Assembly: GCA_902614085.1 (NCBI GenBank)
Contig: CACMJS010000003.1
Span: forward strand, 84,945-148,944
DNA length: 64,000 bases
Reading direction: 5' to 3'
Origin: an uncultured Alphaproteobacteria bacterium
GTDB lineage: Bacteria; Pseudomonadota; Alphaproteobacteria; HIMB59; GCA-002718135
In this document: in pieces, positions 19,798 through 29,460 of the stretch
Position numbering within the stretch: the stretch's first letter is position 1
Layout of the letters: each line of letters starts with the position of its first letter
Position numbers and translations under genes: made by a program
The notes under the pieces: model-generated
What the model was told of the DNA's origin: nothing
What the model saw: the letters and a program-made list of their open reading frames with translations, nothing else
The model's database searches: none

Positions 19798-20688
19798 TTG
19801 TTAAACAATAATCAATTTGCAATTTTTTTAATTATTATATCAATTATTTTTGGTACTCTTATGGGTACATTTATAAAATTAGCTCAAGAAGAATTAAATG
19901 TATTTACAACTGGTTTTTTACGTTTTTTCTTTGGATTTTTAATCATCACCCCTTATATTCTAAAAACAAAATTTGAAGTATTTAGGACAAAAAATTTAAA
20001 AATTCATATTTTACGGTCAGCACTAAACTTACCTGCAATGCTACTTGGTTTTGCAGCTTTAGCTATGCTTCCATTAGAGAAAATGACAGCCATTCATTTT
20101 ATAGTTCCTATCATTGTTACAATCTTAGCTGTGATATTTTTAAAAGAAAAAATCTATTTATATAGGTCAATTGCATTAGTGATGGGTTTTCTAGGAATGT
20201 TAATAATATTGCGACCTGGTATTATAGATATTTCTATTGGAATATATATGGCGCTTATTTCATCGCTAATTTGGTCAGTAGTTATAATTTTAACTAAAAA
20301 AGTATCTAAGGATGATAGTGCTATAACAATATTATCACACCAGTATGTTTATATGAGTCTTTTTTCATTTCCATTAGTTATATATTTTTGGGATCAGCCA
20401 AGCTTAAAAACAATTATTTTTATATTATGTGCTGCAATGTCAGGAACTATATTACATATTGCATTAAATCATGCATATAAATTAGTTGATGTAACTTTGA
20501 CTCAACCTTATTCATTTTTAGGATTAGTAGTTTCATCAATAATTGGATATTTTGTCTTTAGTGATAAACCTGATTTTTATACCTGGTTAGGCGCCTCTGT
20601 AATTTTTTGTGGTGTGCTTCTAATTTCTTACAGAGAACTTCAATTAAATAAAGAAATTACAAGAAAGAGATTAAATATTAATTCATAA
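19798..20688 (+). CDS. DMT-superfamily (EamA-like) transporter
   Basis: About 10 TM segments, including LKEKIYLYRSIALVMGFLGMLIILRPG. A TTG start is needed to retain TM1, so the start is uncertain. Confidence 0.75.
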   Translation: MLNNNQFAIFLIIISIIFGTLMGTFIKLAQEELNVFTTGFLRFFFGFLIITPYILKTKFEVFRTKNLKIHILRSALNLPAMLLGFAALAMLPLEKMTAIHFIVPIIVTILAVIFLKEKIYLYRSIALVMGFLGMLIILRPGIIDISIGIYMALISSLIWSVVIILTKKVSKDDSAITILSHQYVYMSLFSFPLVIYFWDQPSLKTIIFILCAAMSGTILHIALNHAYKLVDVTLTQPYSFLGLVVSSIIGYFVFSDKPDFYTWLGASVIFCGVLLISYRELQLNKEITRKRLNINS

Positions 20689-20730
20689 TATTAATATTTA
20701 ACATCGTTAGATTATGTGTATTATTAGTAA

Positions 20731-21978
20731 ATGCAAAATAATTATTTTTATAAATGGATAGATAGTAATAAAGATGATGAAATAAATAGTTTCAAAGAAT
20801 GTATCGATTCATATATTTATTTTAAGAAAGATGCTTTTTATAAAACTAACAAATTAATTAAAAAAAAACCAGAATTTAATGCTCCAAAATTATTAAAAAT
20901 AGTTTTATTGCTTTTTTCTAGAGATGTACAAAAAATTTCATTAGCTAGAGAAACATTCAAATCAATTTCCATTGATGAAGTAAATGATTATTTTCATCAA
21001 TATTTAGAGATAGTAAATCTCTGGATTAAAAATGATTTAAAAAATTTATTAAATAAATTGGAATTAATTATAAAAGATAATCCCAAAGATATTTTTGCAA
21101 TCAGATTATTTCATTTTAATAATATTTTCTTGGGTATTGATAGTAAATTTTTAAATAAACATGATGAAATACTAAGTAAGTGGTCTGAAAATGATCAGCA
21201 TTATAATTTACTATTAGGGATGACCAGCTATGCTTTTGAAGAAAATAATATAATTGATAAAGCTAAGCTTTTAGCTTTAAATTCACTAAAACAATCATCA
21301 AATGATTTATGGAGTTGGCATGCCCTTTTGCATGTACACGATAATGAGAATAACAACTCAATTAACAACAATGATAATTTTAATAAAATTAATTGGTCAA
21401 TCTACGGGCCAATAAAAAGACATATATGGTGGCACCAATCATTAATATTATTCTACAATCAAGAATATGAGAAAAGTTTAAAACTATTTGATAATTATTT
21501 CTCTTCTTCAGAAATTTTTTATTTAGATTTTTGTAATGCTTGTTCTTTTTTATTAAGACTTCATTACAAAGGAGTGGATGTTAAAGTAAGAATGGATAAA
21601 TTAAAAGATTATGCTGAATATTTTAAAAAACAACACATACTTCCATTCATTGATTATCATCTTATTTTTTATTACTTATACTATAATGACCAAGATTATT
21701 TTCAGCAACTTGAAGAGAGAATGGAAGAAAATTATTTAGAAAATTCTTTTAAAGAAAATTATATTAATTATTTAAAGCCAATCATTCACAGTATGAAAAC
21801 AAATGAATTATTAAACGAAAATATAATTAAATCACAATTTAAATACCTTGGAGGTAGTTTTGCTCAACGAGAACTTATTTTTTTAAGTTTAATCCAAAAT
21901 ACAAAATATGAAAAAAATAAATCAGATTTAATATCAGAATATAATGATTATAAATCAGTATCAAAATTATATGTATAA
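20731..21978 (+). CDS. hypothetical all-helical repeat protein (TPR-like, possibly TTC38-like)
   Basis: 415 aa, helix-rich and repeat-like. First gene of a translationally coupled trio. The family assignment is a guess. Confidence 0.35.
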   Translation: MQNNYFYKWIDSNKDDEINSFKECIDSYIYFKKDAFYKTNKLIKKKPEFNAPKLLKIVLLLFSRDVQKISLARETFKSISIDEVNDYFHQYLEIVNLWIKNDLKNLLNKLELIIKDNPKDIFAIRLFHFNNIFLGIDSKFLNKHDEILSKWSENDQHYNLLLGMTSYAFEENNIIDKAKLLALNSLKQSSNDLWSWHALLHVHDNENNNSINNNDNFNKINWSIYGPIKRHIWWHQSLILFYNQEYEKSLKLFDNYFSSSEIFYLDFCNACSFLLRLHYKGVDVKVRMDKLKDYAEYFKKQHILPFIDYHLIFYYLYYNDQDYFQQLEERMEENYLENSFKENYINYLKPIIHSMKTNELLNENIIKSQFKYLGGSFAQRELIFLSLIQNTKYEKNKSDLISEYNDYKSVSKLYV

Positions 21979-23785
21979 CTCTAAATTGTTGGAAGAAAAA
22001 TTTATAAAAAATTCAAATAATAATTTTACCTTATTAAAAGATAATCTTTTTTTTCGAAATATAACTTTTCAAAATTTTCAAATTTTAAAGATGATATCAT
22101 TTTTGGTAAGAGACAAAAATTGGAATAACTATGATCCTAAAATTCTAAATTATGAAGAGAACTTTGATACATCCTTAGAATATATATTCGATTTAGAATA
22201 TGGTGTAGATGAAATTCTTAAAACAAGAAATGTTATATTATTTTCTGATAATTCAATCACTCTATCCTCTGAAGGAGAATTTTTAACTGATTTTTGGACT
22301 AATAGAATAGGTTTTAATTTATTAATTCCATTACAAAATCATGTTGGCTCAAACATCATTGTAACAAAAGGGAATGATTTAAAAGAGGAAAAAAAATTTC
22401 CAGAAAACATAAAACCTGACCAACCATTTTTTAAATTTAAAAACCTTGCTTATACTTTAGGCGATAGTTTGTTGGTTAATATTAATTTTGAGGGTATTTT
22501 ATTTGAAATGGAGGATCAAAGAAACTGGGGTGATGCTTCTTACAAAATATATAGTGGTTCTTTATTAAATCCTTTTCCATATCTAGAAAAAGGAGGGTCT
22601 AATTTCTTTCAAACTATTAAAATAGATGTAGTAAATAAAAAACAAATATCTTTCCCGTCTAAGAATATTGTAAAAATTGATCATACCACTCCTTATAAAT
22701 TTCCTAAAATTGGTATAAAAATTGATTCTTTAATTATTCCTGATGATAATTTAATAAATAACTTTGATTATTATTACTATCTTATTGATTTTACTGAAGA
22801 TTTTACAAATGTAACTTCAAGATTTCAGAACAAAGTATTCCTTGTATCTTTGGTTGATCATACTAATGATCCTGATGATGAGTTAAAAAAAATTTACAAT
22901 TTTGTAACTGAAAATACTATTAATTTAGATAAAATTTTAATTTGTCCAAAAATATATTTGAATAGTTTTCAACCAGCTGGTGAATGGCCTAAAGCTCCAG
23001 AATTAAATGAATACTATAAAATTGCGAAAAAGATATTTTCTAATAGTGAAATTGTTTCTGGAATGGTCACTAATTTTACAGAATTAAATAGAAAAAGACC
23101 AAAAATGTTTTATGATTTGGTTAGTTTTTCCTTCACTCCAATTGTTCATGATTCTAGTGATTTTGGTGTATTAAATACACCTGAAACTATACCTTATATA
23201 CTTAAAACTCTAAAAAATTTTTCTAATAGTACCAATGTTCATATTGGTCCAATTTCTATTGGTATGCATTTCAATCCGTATGGTGAAAGTCTTGTAAGTA
23301 ATAAAAACAAAATAAGATTAGAAATGGCTGATAGCGATCCAAGGCATGATCAATTATTTTCACTAACTTGGACACTGGCAATTTTTATTCAATCAATAAA
23401 TAAAGAATCAAAATTTTTTACTTTTAATTCTATTTATGGGCATCATGGAATATTAAATAAAGATAATACCAAAAGACCATTGTATCATTTAAATAATTTT
23501 CTTATTTCATTAACAAATTCAGAAATTTTTAAATTTAATCCAGTTAACGAAGTGTATGGATTAAAAATCGTACTAAATGATAAAAAGTATTATTTATTTG
23601 TTAATTCCTCAAAACAAAAAAAGGAAATTATTATTCCTGAAATAAATTTTAGTAATCAATATAAGCTTAATTTAAACAATTATACTGATATTTTTAATAA
23701 TGATTTTTCTTTTTTTAACTTTAAAAATGATACAAGTCCATATACGTTCGAGCCCTTAGAAATTAAATTTATAGAAGATAAATGA
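21971..23785 (+). CDS. hypothetical protein (about 604 aa), unknown function
   Basis: Long clean ORF. ATG 21971 overlaps the upstream stop (ATGTATAA); an alternative ATG lies at 21944. I recognise no motif. Confidence 0.5.
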   Translation: MYNSKLLEEKFIKNSNNNFTLLKDNLFFRNITFQNFQILKMISFLVRDKNWNNYDPKILNYEENFDTSLEYIFDLEYGVDEILKTRNVILFSDNSITLSSEGEFLTDFWTNRIGFNLLIPLQNHVGSNIIVTKGNDLKEEKKFPENIKPDQPFFKFKNLAYTLGDSLLVNINFEGILFEMEDQRNWGDASYKIYSGSLLNPFPYLEKGGSNFFQTIKIDVVNKKQISFPSKNIVKIDHTTPYKFPKIGIKIDSLIIPDDNLINNFDYYYYLIDFTEDFTNVTSRFQNKVFLVSLVDHTNDPDDELKKIYNFVTENTINLDKILICPKIYLNSFQPAGEWPKAPELNEYYKIAKKIFSNSEIVSGMVTNFTELNRKRPKMFYDLVSFSFTPIVHDSSDFGVLNTPETIPYILKTLKNFSNSTNVHIGPISIGMHFNPYGESLVSNKNKIRLEMADSDPRHDQLFSLTWTLAIFIQSINKESKFFTFNSIYGHHGILNKDNTKRPLYHLNNFLISLTNSEIFKFNPVNEVYGLKIVLNDKKYYLFVNSSKQKKEIIIPEINFSNQYKLNLNNYTDIFNNDFSFFNFKNDTSPYTFEPLEIKFIEDK

Positions 23786-24804
23786 AAAAATTAAAAGGAG
23801 CATTAATTGGTTGTGGTTTCTTTGCTGAAAATCATATTTTAGCTTGGAAAGAATTAAAAAATATTGAAATAATATGTGTTTGTGATTTAGATATTAAAAA
23901 AGCTAATAAATTTAAATCTAAATTTAACATTTTACATTCTTATTCATCGACAGAGTTAATGTTAAAAAAACATAAAATAGATTTTGTTGATGTTGTAACA
24001 ACAATGGAGACACATTTAAATATTGGTAAAATTTTATCTAAGTATAAAATTCCAACTTCTATACAAAAACCATTTGCTGAAAATTTATCAAATGCAAAAA
24101 AAATTGTTTCTTTATATAAAAAAAATAAAACACCACTTATGGTACATGAGAATTTTAGATGGCAAAGCCCTCTATTAAAATTAAAAGAAATTATAAATAA
24201 TGAGAACTTAACTAAACCTCATTATGCCAAAATATCTTTTAGACATGCTAATCCAGTTGGATACACCAATCAAACATATTTATATGATTTAAAAGAGTAT
24301 TTAACCTTAGACGTGGGAATCCATTTGTTTGATTTAAGCAGATTTTTTATGGGAGAAGCAAAAAGTATTTATACGGTAAATCAAAATACAAATAATAAAT
24401 TTAAAGGTGAAACAGATTTTATATCCCTAATAAGAAATAAAAATAAAAGCATTACCATTGTTGATGCATCTATTTCTTCAATAAAAAAACCAGATAGATT
24501 TGCTCAAACACTAATTAATTTAGAATTCTCTAACGGCTCAATTGATTTGGACTATAATTATAAAATTACTCTTCACAAAAATAATATGAGGAAGATTTAT
24601 GATGGAAAACCAAAGAAATATAAATGGATTTCAAAGCCTTGGGATCAAATTCAAGAAAGTGTGATCAATACGCACAAACATTTCATTGATTCATTAATAA
24701 ATAATATTGAACATGACACCAGCGGTGAAGATAACATAAAGAGTTTATCATTAGTCTTCAATTCATATAAATCTGATAAGCTAAGAAAAGAAATTAAAAT
24801 TTAA
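23782..24804 (+). CDS. Gfo/Idh/MocA-family NAD(P)-dependent oxidoreductase
   Basis: N-terminal Rossmann motif GALIGCGFFAENH and EKP-type motif (QKPFA). ATGA overlap with the upstream gene. Confidence 0.75.
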   Translation: MKKLKGALIGCGFFAENHILAWKELKNIEIICVCDLDIKKANKFKSKFNILHSYSSTELMLKKHKIDFVDVVTTMETHLNIGKILSKYKIPTSIQKPFAENLSNAKKIVSLYKKNKTPLMVHENFRWQSPLLKLKEIINNENLTKPHYAKISFRHANPVGYTNQTYLYDLKEYLTLDVGIHLFDLSRFFMGEAKSIYTVNQNTNNKFKGETDFISLIRNKNKSITIVDASISSIKKPDRFAQTLINLEFSNGSIDLDYNYKITLHKNNMRKIYDGKPKKYKWISKPWDQIQESVINTHKHFIDSLINNIEHDTSGEDNIKSLSLVFNSYKSDKLRKEIKI

Positions 24805-24818
24805 TTATTTATTTAATT

Positions 24819-27431
24819 TTAAATTGTAAATTTAGATATTTCATCTCTAATTAATTTACTTAAGAGACTGTAACCAAGTACATTCATGTGTAATGGATCT
24901 TCTGAATAAAATTTTTCAAATCCAGCATCAAGCATAGGAGAGCAAAGATCAATATAACGCCATTGACTAAAATTCTCAATTTTGTTTTTTATCCGTTGAT
25001 TTGCTTCTAAAATTGTATTTAAATAATTATTCCTGAATACACTTGGTTTTATGGATACAAAAAAACATAACGTATGAGGTAATTTTTCATTAACCTCTGA
25101 AGCAAATAATAAAAATTCATTTTCTAAATCTTCAGCACTCATTCCACTACCTATATCATTATCACCTGCATAAAAAATCATCTTGTCAGGATTATTTGGG
25201 ACTACTATTCTGTTAAAATAGGTGCGACATGACACTAATGTGGAACCACCAAATCCTAAATTTAATAAACTATCAAATGACAAATCAGTTTTTGCATTTT
25301 CCCAATCTCTAAATGTTGAACTTCCAAATAAGACTATTTTGTTATTTTTATATTGATCTGAATGTAATTTAATTTCTAATTCTCTCACGTCTGCTTCAAA
25401 TTCTTCTTCAATAGGGCTAACTAAATTTAAATTACTAACTACATATTCATTATTAATTTTATTTTTTAAAGCAGATTTTGCTAATTCAATTGCTTCTTCA
25501 ACATATGTTCTAAAAGTTTTTCTATATTTAGATAAAAAATTTTCTAACTCTTTTTTATTTTTCATATCATTTACAAAATCTTTTATTTTTATTGGTTTTT
25601 TAATAACTGCGGAATAAATTGTATCAGAAATTGAATAATCAAAATTGGCTAATGCAATAGGAACAAGAAGAGGCTCTGGTTTTAATTGGTCTGCTAATAA
25701 AAATGCACCTGGTTTTAATGGGCCTGGGGAATTTGGAGTTAAATTATCTTCAGTTTCAGAAGTACCTTCTGGCGCTATAACTAAAGGTCTGTTTTGATCA
25801 AAAATATTTTGAGTTTCGATAAATAATTTACTTTTTCTCTTCTTTTTTTGTTCTTGATTTTCATTTAAATAATCTGATTCTGGTGTATGGACGAAAATAT
25901 AATCTAAATTCTCATAATAATTATATCTCCAGAATTCTGTATTTCTAGAATATCGAGCAATTCTTTGACCACCATCACCATATTTTGGGAATAAGATTTT
26001 TGCACTTATAAAGTGACTATCTATACTAAATTGATGTCCATTAGCTAAACCATTTTCTTCAATGCTTGCCAAATGATTATAAAAAAATATGTTTGTAGGT
26101 TCGTCAGGTAAATTTTCCATACCTTTAATAACATAAGGTACTTGATCAAAAGCTTTTATAAAATCTGAATTTGTTAATTTTTGTAATGCTTGTTTATTTA
26201 TTGAATCATATGAAGTTGCTACTCTGTTGTATATTTTATTTAGTTGTTTGAAAAATCTATTTTTTCTTTCTATACCACTCAAAGCATCAATCATTAAACT
26301 AGCTATAGATTTTTCATCATCATTACCTGTTATAATTAAATCATAAATTGTATCGAATGCTAAAGAATGAGTTAAATGATTTTCTAATAAATGAGGTATT
26401 GTATAAAGTTTTGAATTACTTGGTATTGTTGCAGAATTATCATTTAATAAATATTGAAAAAACTCTTTTTCATTTTTAGCTGGATATGTCGTTAAGCCTG
26501 TTGAACTTTGAATATAACGACCTAACTGCCATAATTGTCTTTTAAAGAATTTGATTGCCAATTCTGCATTGGTTTTAATTAAATTGTCAATAAACTCATT
26601 TGAAAATTTTAATATCGTTGTATCTCTTGTTGCTTTTAATGAGTAGGGCGATTCAATTTCATGAAATCCTGAAGATAAGGATAATGCTACTCCTGGTCTA
26701 GCTATTGATCTTGAATTGTTTTCTAATTGATCATCTTTTAAATTTGTAAAAGATGCCTCAACCTTACCTTTTAACAAAATATTTATTCCATCTGATTTAG
26801 TGCCTTCTAACGCTATGTATTCACCCGCTGAAAATAACCTAACGTTTGCATAGCTTATTAATTCCTCGAGATCGTTATCATCAAGAAAAGCTAAAAATGC
26901 AGAATTTTTAATTCTTTTTGTATTTATAATATCTCCACTAGTTTTAACACCTTCTGCTATATTAATATTTTTTTGTTTGATAGGTTTTTTTAAATTGCGA
27001 GATGACCTTATTAAATTAATTGATTCAAATAATAAAAAAGAATAGAAAAAACTAGCATAGTCAGGATCTACTTCTTCTAATTCTTTTAATTTTTCAATTT
27101 TGATAGAAATATATTCTGAATTACCTTTAATAAATATATCCGACATATATCTACTAGGTGCATTTAAGCCTGAAATTCCAAGAGGTGATCCTTCATTTTG
27201 TAATGTTGCTAACTTATAAAAAACATTATTATGATATTTTACGTATTCCGCTTCACCTTTTAAAAGAATAAAAATTTGATCTGCAATACCATGCTGTTCT
27301 GCAATTTTAATGTCTTCATTACTTTTATGTAATTCTGCACCAGAATTTATTAAATCTTCAGTATTTTTTTTCGGAGACAAAGAAAAACCTTTATCTACAA
27401 GTATTAAAGATATTTTTTCACTTAAATTCAT
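24819..27431 (-). CDS. multidomain protein: 2x cyclic-nucleotide-binding-like domains + PlsC-type acyltransferase + SGNH/GDSL hydrolase
   Basis: Two beta-roll CNB-like modules at about aa 45-135 and 175-300. Acyltransferase motifs NHLASIE (H453..E458), APEGT (aa 553-557) and VPIAL. SGNH blocks GSS (703-705), GFGGS, GDND (756-759) and DPLH (845-848). Confidence 0.7.
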   Translation of the reverse strand: MNLSEKISLILVDKGFSLSPKKNTEDLINSGAELHKSNEDIKIAEQHGIADQIFILLKGEAEYVKYHNNVFYKLATLQNEGSPLGISGLNAPSRYMSDIFIKGNSEYISIKIEKLKELEEVDPDYASFFYSFLLFESINLIRSSRNLKKPIKQKNINIAEGVKTSGDIINTKRIKNSAFLAFLDDNDLEELISYANVRLFSAGEYIALEGTKSDGINILLKGKVEASFTNLKDDQLENNSRSIARPGVALSLSSGFHEIESPYSLKATRDTTILKFSNEFIDNLIKTNAELAIKFFKRQLWQLGRYIQSSTGLTTYPAKNEKEFFQYLLNDNSATIPSNSKLYTIPHLLENHLTHSLAFDTIYDLIITGNDDEKSIASLMIDALSGIERKNRFFKQLNKIYNRVATSYDSINKQALQKLTNSDFIKAFDQVPYVIKGMENLPDEPTNIFFYNHLASIEENGLANGHQFSIDSHFISAKILFPKYGDGGQRIARYSRNTEFWRYNYYENLDYIFVHTPESDYLNENQEQKKKRKSKLFIETQNIFDQNRPLVIAPEGTSETEDNLTPNSPGPLKPGAFLLADQLKPEPLLVPIALANFDYSISDTIYSAVIKKPIKIKDFVNDMKNKKELENFLSKYRKTFRTYVEEAIELAKSALKNKINNEYVVSNLNLVSPIEEEFEADVRELEIKLHSDQYKNNKIVLFGSSTFRDWENAKTDLSFDSLLNLGFGGSTLVSCRTYFNRIVVPNNPDKMIFYAGDNDIGSGMSAEDLENEFLLFASEVNEKLPHTLCFFVSIKPSVFRNNYLNTILEANQRIKNKIENFSQWRYIDLCSPMLDAGFEKFYSEDPLHMNVLGYSLLSKLIRDEISKFTI

Positions 27432-27479
27432 TAATTATCTAGCTTAATAAATTTCCCTTTTTATTTAAAGAGAAAAATA

Positions 27480-28184
27480 TTATCTTCTTATAATTGACTT
27501 AAAAATATTAATAAAAGATAACAGTATTATTTTTAACCTAAATATACTTACAATTGATTGAGCTAAATATGTCAATGCAGCAGCTCTTAAAACAGATTTA
27601 CATTGATACATATTCTCTTTAGGAACATATCTTTTGAGTATTGGTAAAGCTCTCTTAAAACTTGCATCAAATTCTACAGGAAGAGTAATCAAATGGATTA
27701 AAACATTTGTAGATAAACAGCCCATTATTATTATAGCGGCAATAAGAGTGATAAATGGACTTTTAGTGAAGGCAAAAATTGAAGGTAGTCCTATAATTAA
27801 TAAAAATGAACCAATTCGCTGAAAGATCATTGTTTTTTCAATTAATGATTGTCTAAGTATAAGTGGCTTATATTTTTCTTTATCTTGAATTGCATGACCA
27901 ATTTCGTGAGCAACAACGGCGATGCTTGTTATACTTTTTTTATCAAGTTTATCTGTAGCTATGTGTATTTTTTTATCTTTAGGATTGTAATGATCTAATT
28001 GCTGAATAGGATTAATTGATACATTGGTAATTTCTTCTTCTTCAAGAATTTTTTTTCCAAGTTCTCTTCCGGTAAAGGGCATTTCAGGTAAAATTTTATT
28101 ATATTTTTTTAAAATATAATTTACCCATAAACTTGGTAGAAACATTACAATAAATGGTAAAAAATAGTAAAATAACTTAATCAC
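27480..28184 (-). CDS. membrane zinc metallopeptidase (Zn_peptidase_2/YpfJ-like family)
   Basis: HExxH motif VAHEIGHAIQD flanked by TM helices. N-terminal pattern and length fit the 'putative neutral zinc metallopeptidase' family. Confidence 0.75.
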   Translation of the reverse strand: MIKLFYYFLPFIVMFLPSLWVNYILKKYNKILPEMPFTGRELGKKILEEEEITNVSINPIQQLDHYNPKDKKIHIATDKLDKKSITSIAVVAHEIGHAIQDKEKYKPLILRQSLIEKTMIFQRIGSFLLIIGLPSIFAFTKSPFITLIAAIIIMGCLSTNVLIHLITLPVEFDASFKRALPILKRYVPKENMYQCKSVLRAAALTYLAQSIVSIFRLKIILLSFINIFKSIIRR

Positions 28185-28267
28185 AATATAAAAATAGGAA
28201 TAATATTATTAAAAATCAATTTTATTTAAACTGGTATTATTATCAATAATTAATTATTGCTTAAAAA

Positions 28268-29458
28268 GTGAAATCTAAATTTGAAAGAATTAATAGACTC
28301 CCGCCATATATATTTGGGGAGATAAATTCATTAAAAATGAAACTGAGAACAGAAGGTAGGGATATTATTGATTTTGGTATGGGTAATCCTGATATGCCAA
28401 CACCTATTCACATAAGACAGAAACTGAAAGAAGTTATAGATAAGCCGGGTGTTGGACGTTATTCAGTTTCTAAAGGCATTAATGGATTAAGAAAAGCACA
28501 AGCTAAATATTATAAAAAACGATTTAATGTTGATTTAAATCCATCAAGTGAAATTATAGTAACAATTGGTTCAAAGGAAGGTTTAGCAAATTTAGCACAA
28601 GCTATAACTTCAAGAGGAGATAGAATATTATGTCCTGATCCATCATATCCTGTTCATCCATATGGTTTTATGATTGCCGGTGCTAAACTAACACCTTTGC
28701 AAACATTTTTTAATGGACAGTTCGATCAAAATAAATTTTTATTAAATATAGTTAATAATTTAAAAAAATATTCTTCAATAAAAGTTATTATCGTTTCTTT
28801 TCCCTCAAATCCAACAGCTCAGATAGTTGATTTAGATTTTTATAAAGAATTAGTAAAAATTGCAAAAAAATATCAAGTTTATATTCTATCTGATTTAGCT
28901 TATTCTGAAATTTACTTTGGTAATAATCCACCTCCATCAATATTAGAAGTTAATGGGGCTAAGAACATAGCTGTTGAATTTACGACTTTATCTAAAACTT
29001 ATGCAATGGCAGGATGGAGAATAGGTTTTGCTGTTGGAAACAAAACTTTAATTGAAGCATTAACAAAAATTAAATCTTATGTAGACTATGGCGCTTTTAC
29101 TCCTGTGCAAGTAGCAGCCACTGCTGCTTTAAATGGATCTCAAAGATGTGTAGAAGAAATAAGGGAGACTTATAAAAAAAGAAGAGATGTTTTAATTGAA
29201 TCTTTTGAAAGGGCTGGTTGGGATAAAATTCCAGAGCCTGAAGCATCAATGTTTGTATGGGCTCCTTTACCAAAAAAATATAAAAAAATGGGTTCTATGA
29301 AGTTTGCCAAAAATTTAATGATAAATGCCGACGTTGCAGTAGCTCCTGGTTTAGCTTTTGGAAAAGGAGGGGAGGGATTTGTTCGTATTGGTCTAGTAGA
29401 AAATACTCAAAGAATAAGACAAGCAGCTAAAAATATTAAAAGATATTTTAATAATTAA
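28268..29458 (+). CDS. class I pyridoxal-phosphate-dependent aminotransferase (AlaC/AspC-like)
   Basis: N-terminus F.RINRLPPYIF, PSNPT, and the PLP-lysine region LSKTYAMAGWRIGF. GTG start. Confidence 0.85.
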   Translation: MKSKFERINRLPPYIFGEINSLKMKLRTEGRDIIDFGMGNPDMPTPIHIRQKLKEVIDKPGVGRYSVSKGINGLRKAQAKYYKKRFNVDLNPSSEIIVTIGSKEGLANLAQAITSRGDRILCPDPSYPVHPYGFMIAGAKLTPLQTFFNGQFDQNKFLLNIVNNLKKYSSIKVIIVSFPSNPTAQIVDLDFYKELVKIAKKYQVYILSDLAYSEIYFGNNPPPSILEVNGAKNIAVEFTTLSKTYAMAGWRIGFAVGNKTLIEALTKIKSYVDYGAFTPVQVAATAALNGSQRCVEEIRETYKKRRDVLIESFERAGWDKIPEPEASMFVWAPLPKKYKKMGSMKFAKNLMINADVAVAPGLAFGKGGEGFVRIGLVENTQRIRQAAKNIKRYFNN

Positions 29459-29460
29459 TA

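Noticed and set aside
27634-27822. A plus-strand 62-aa ORF inside the zinc metallopeptidase gene.
   Set aside because: It is a shadow ORF with no independent support.
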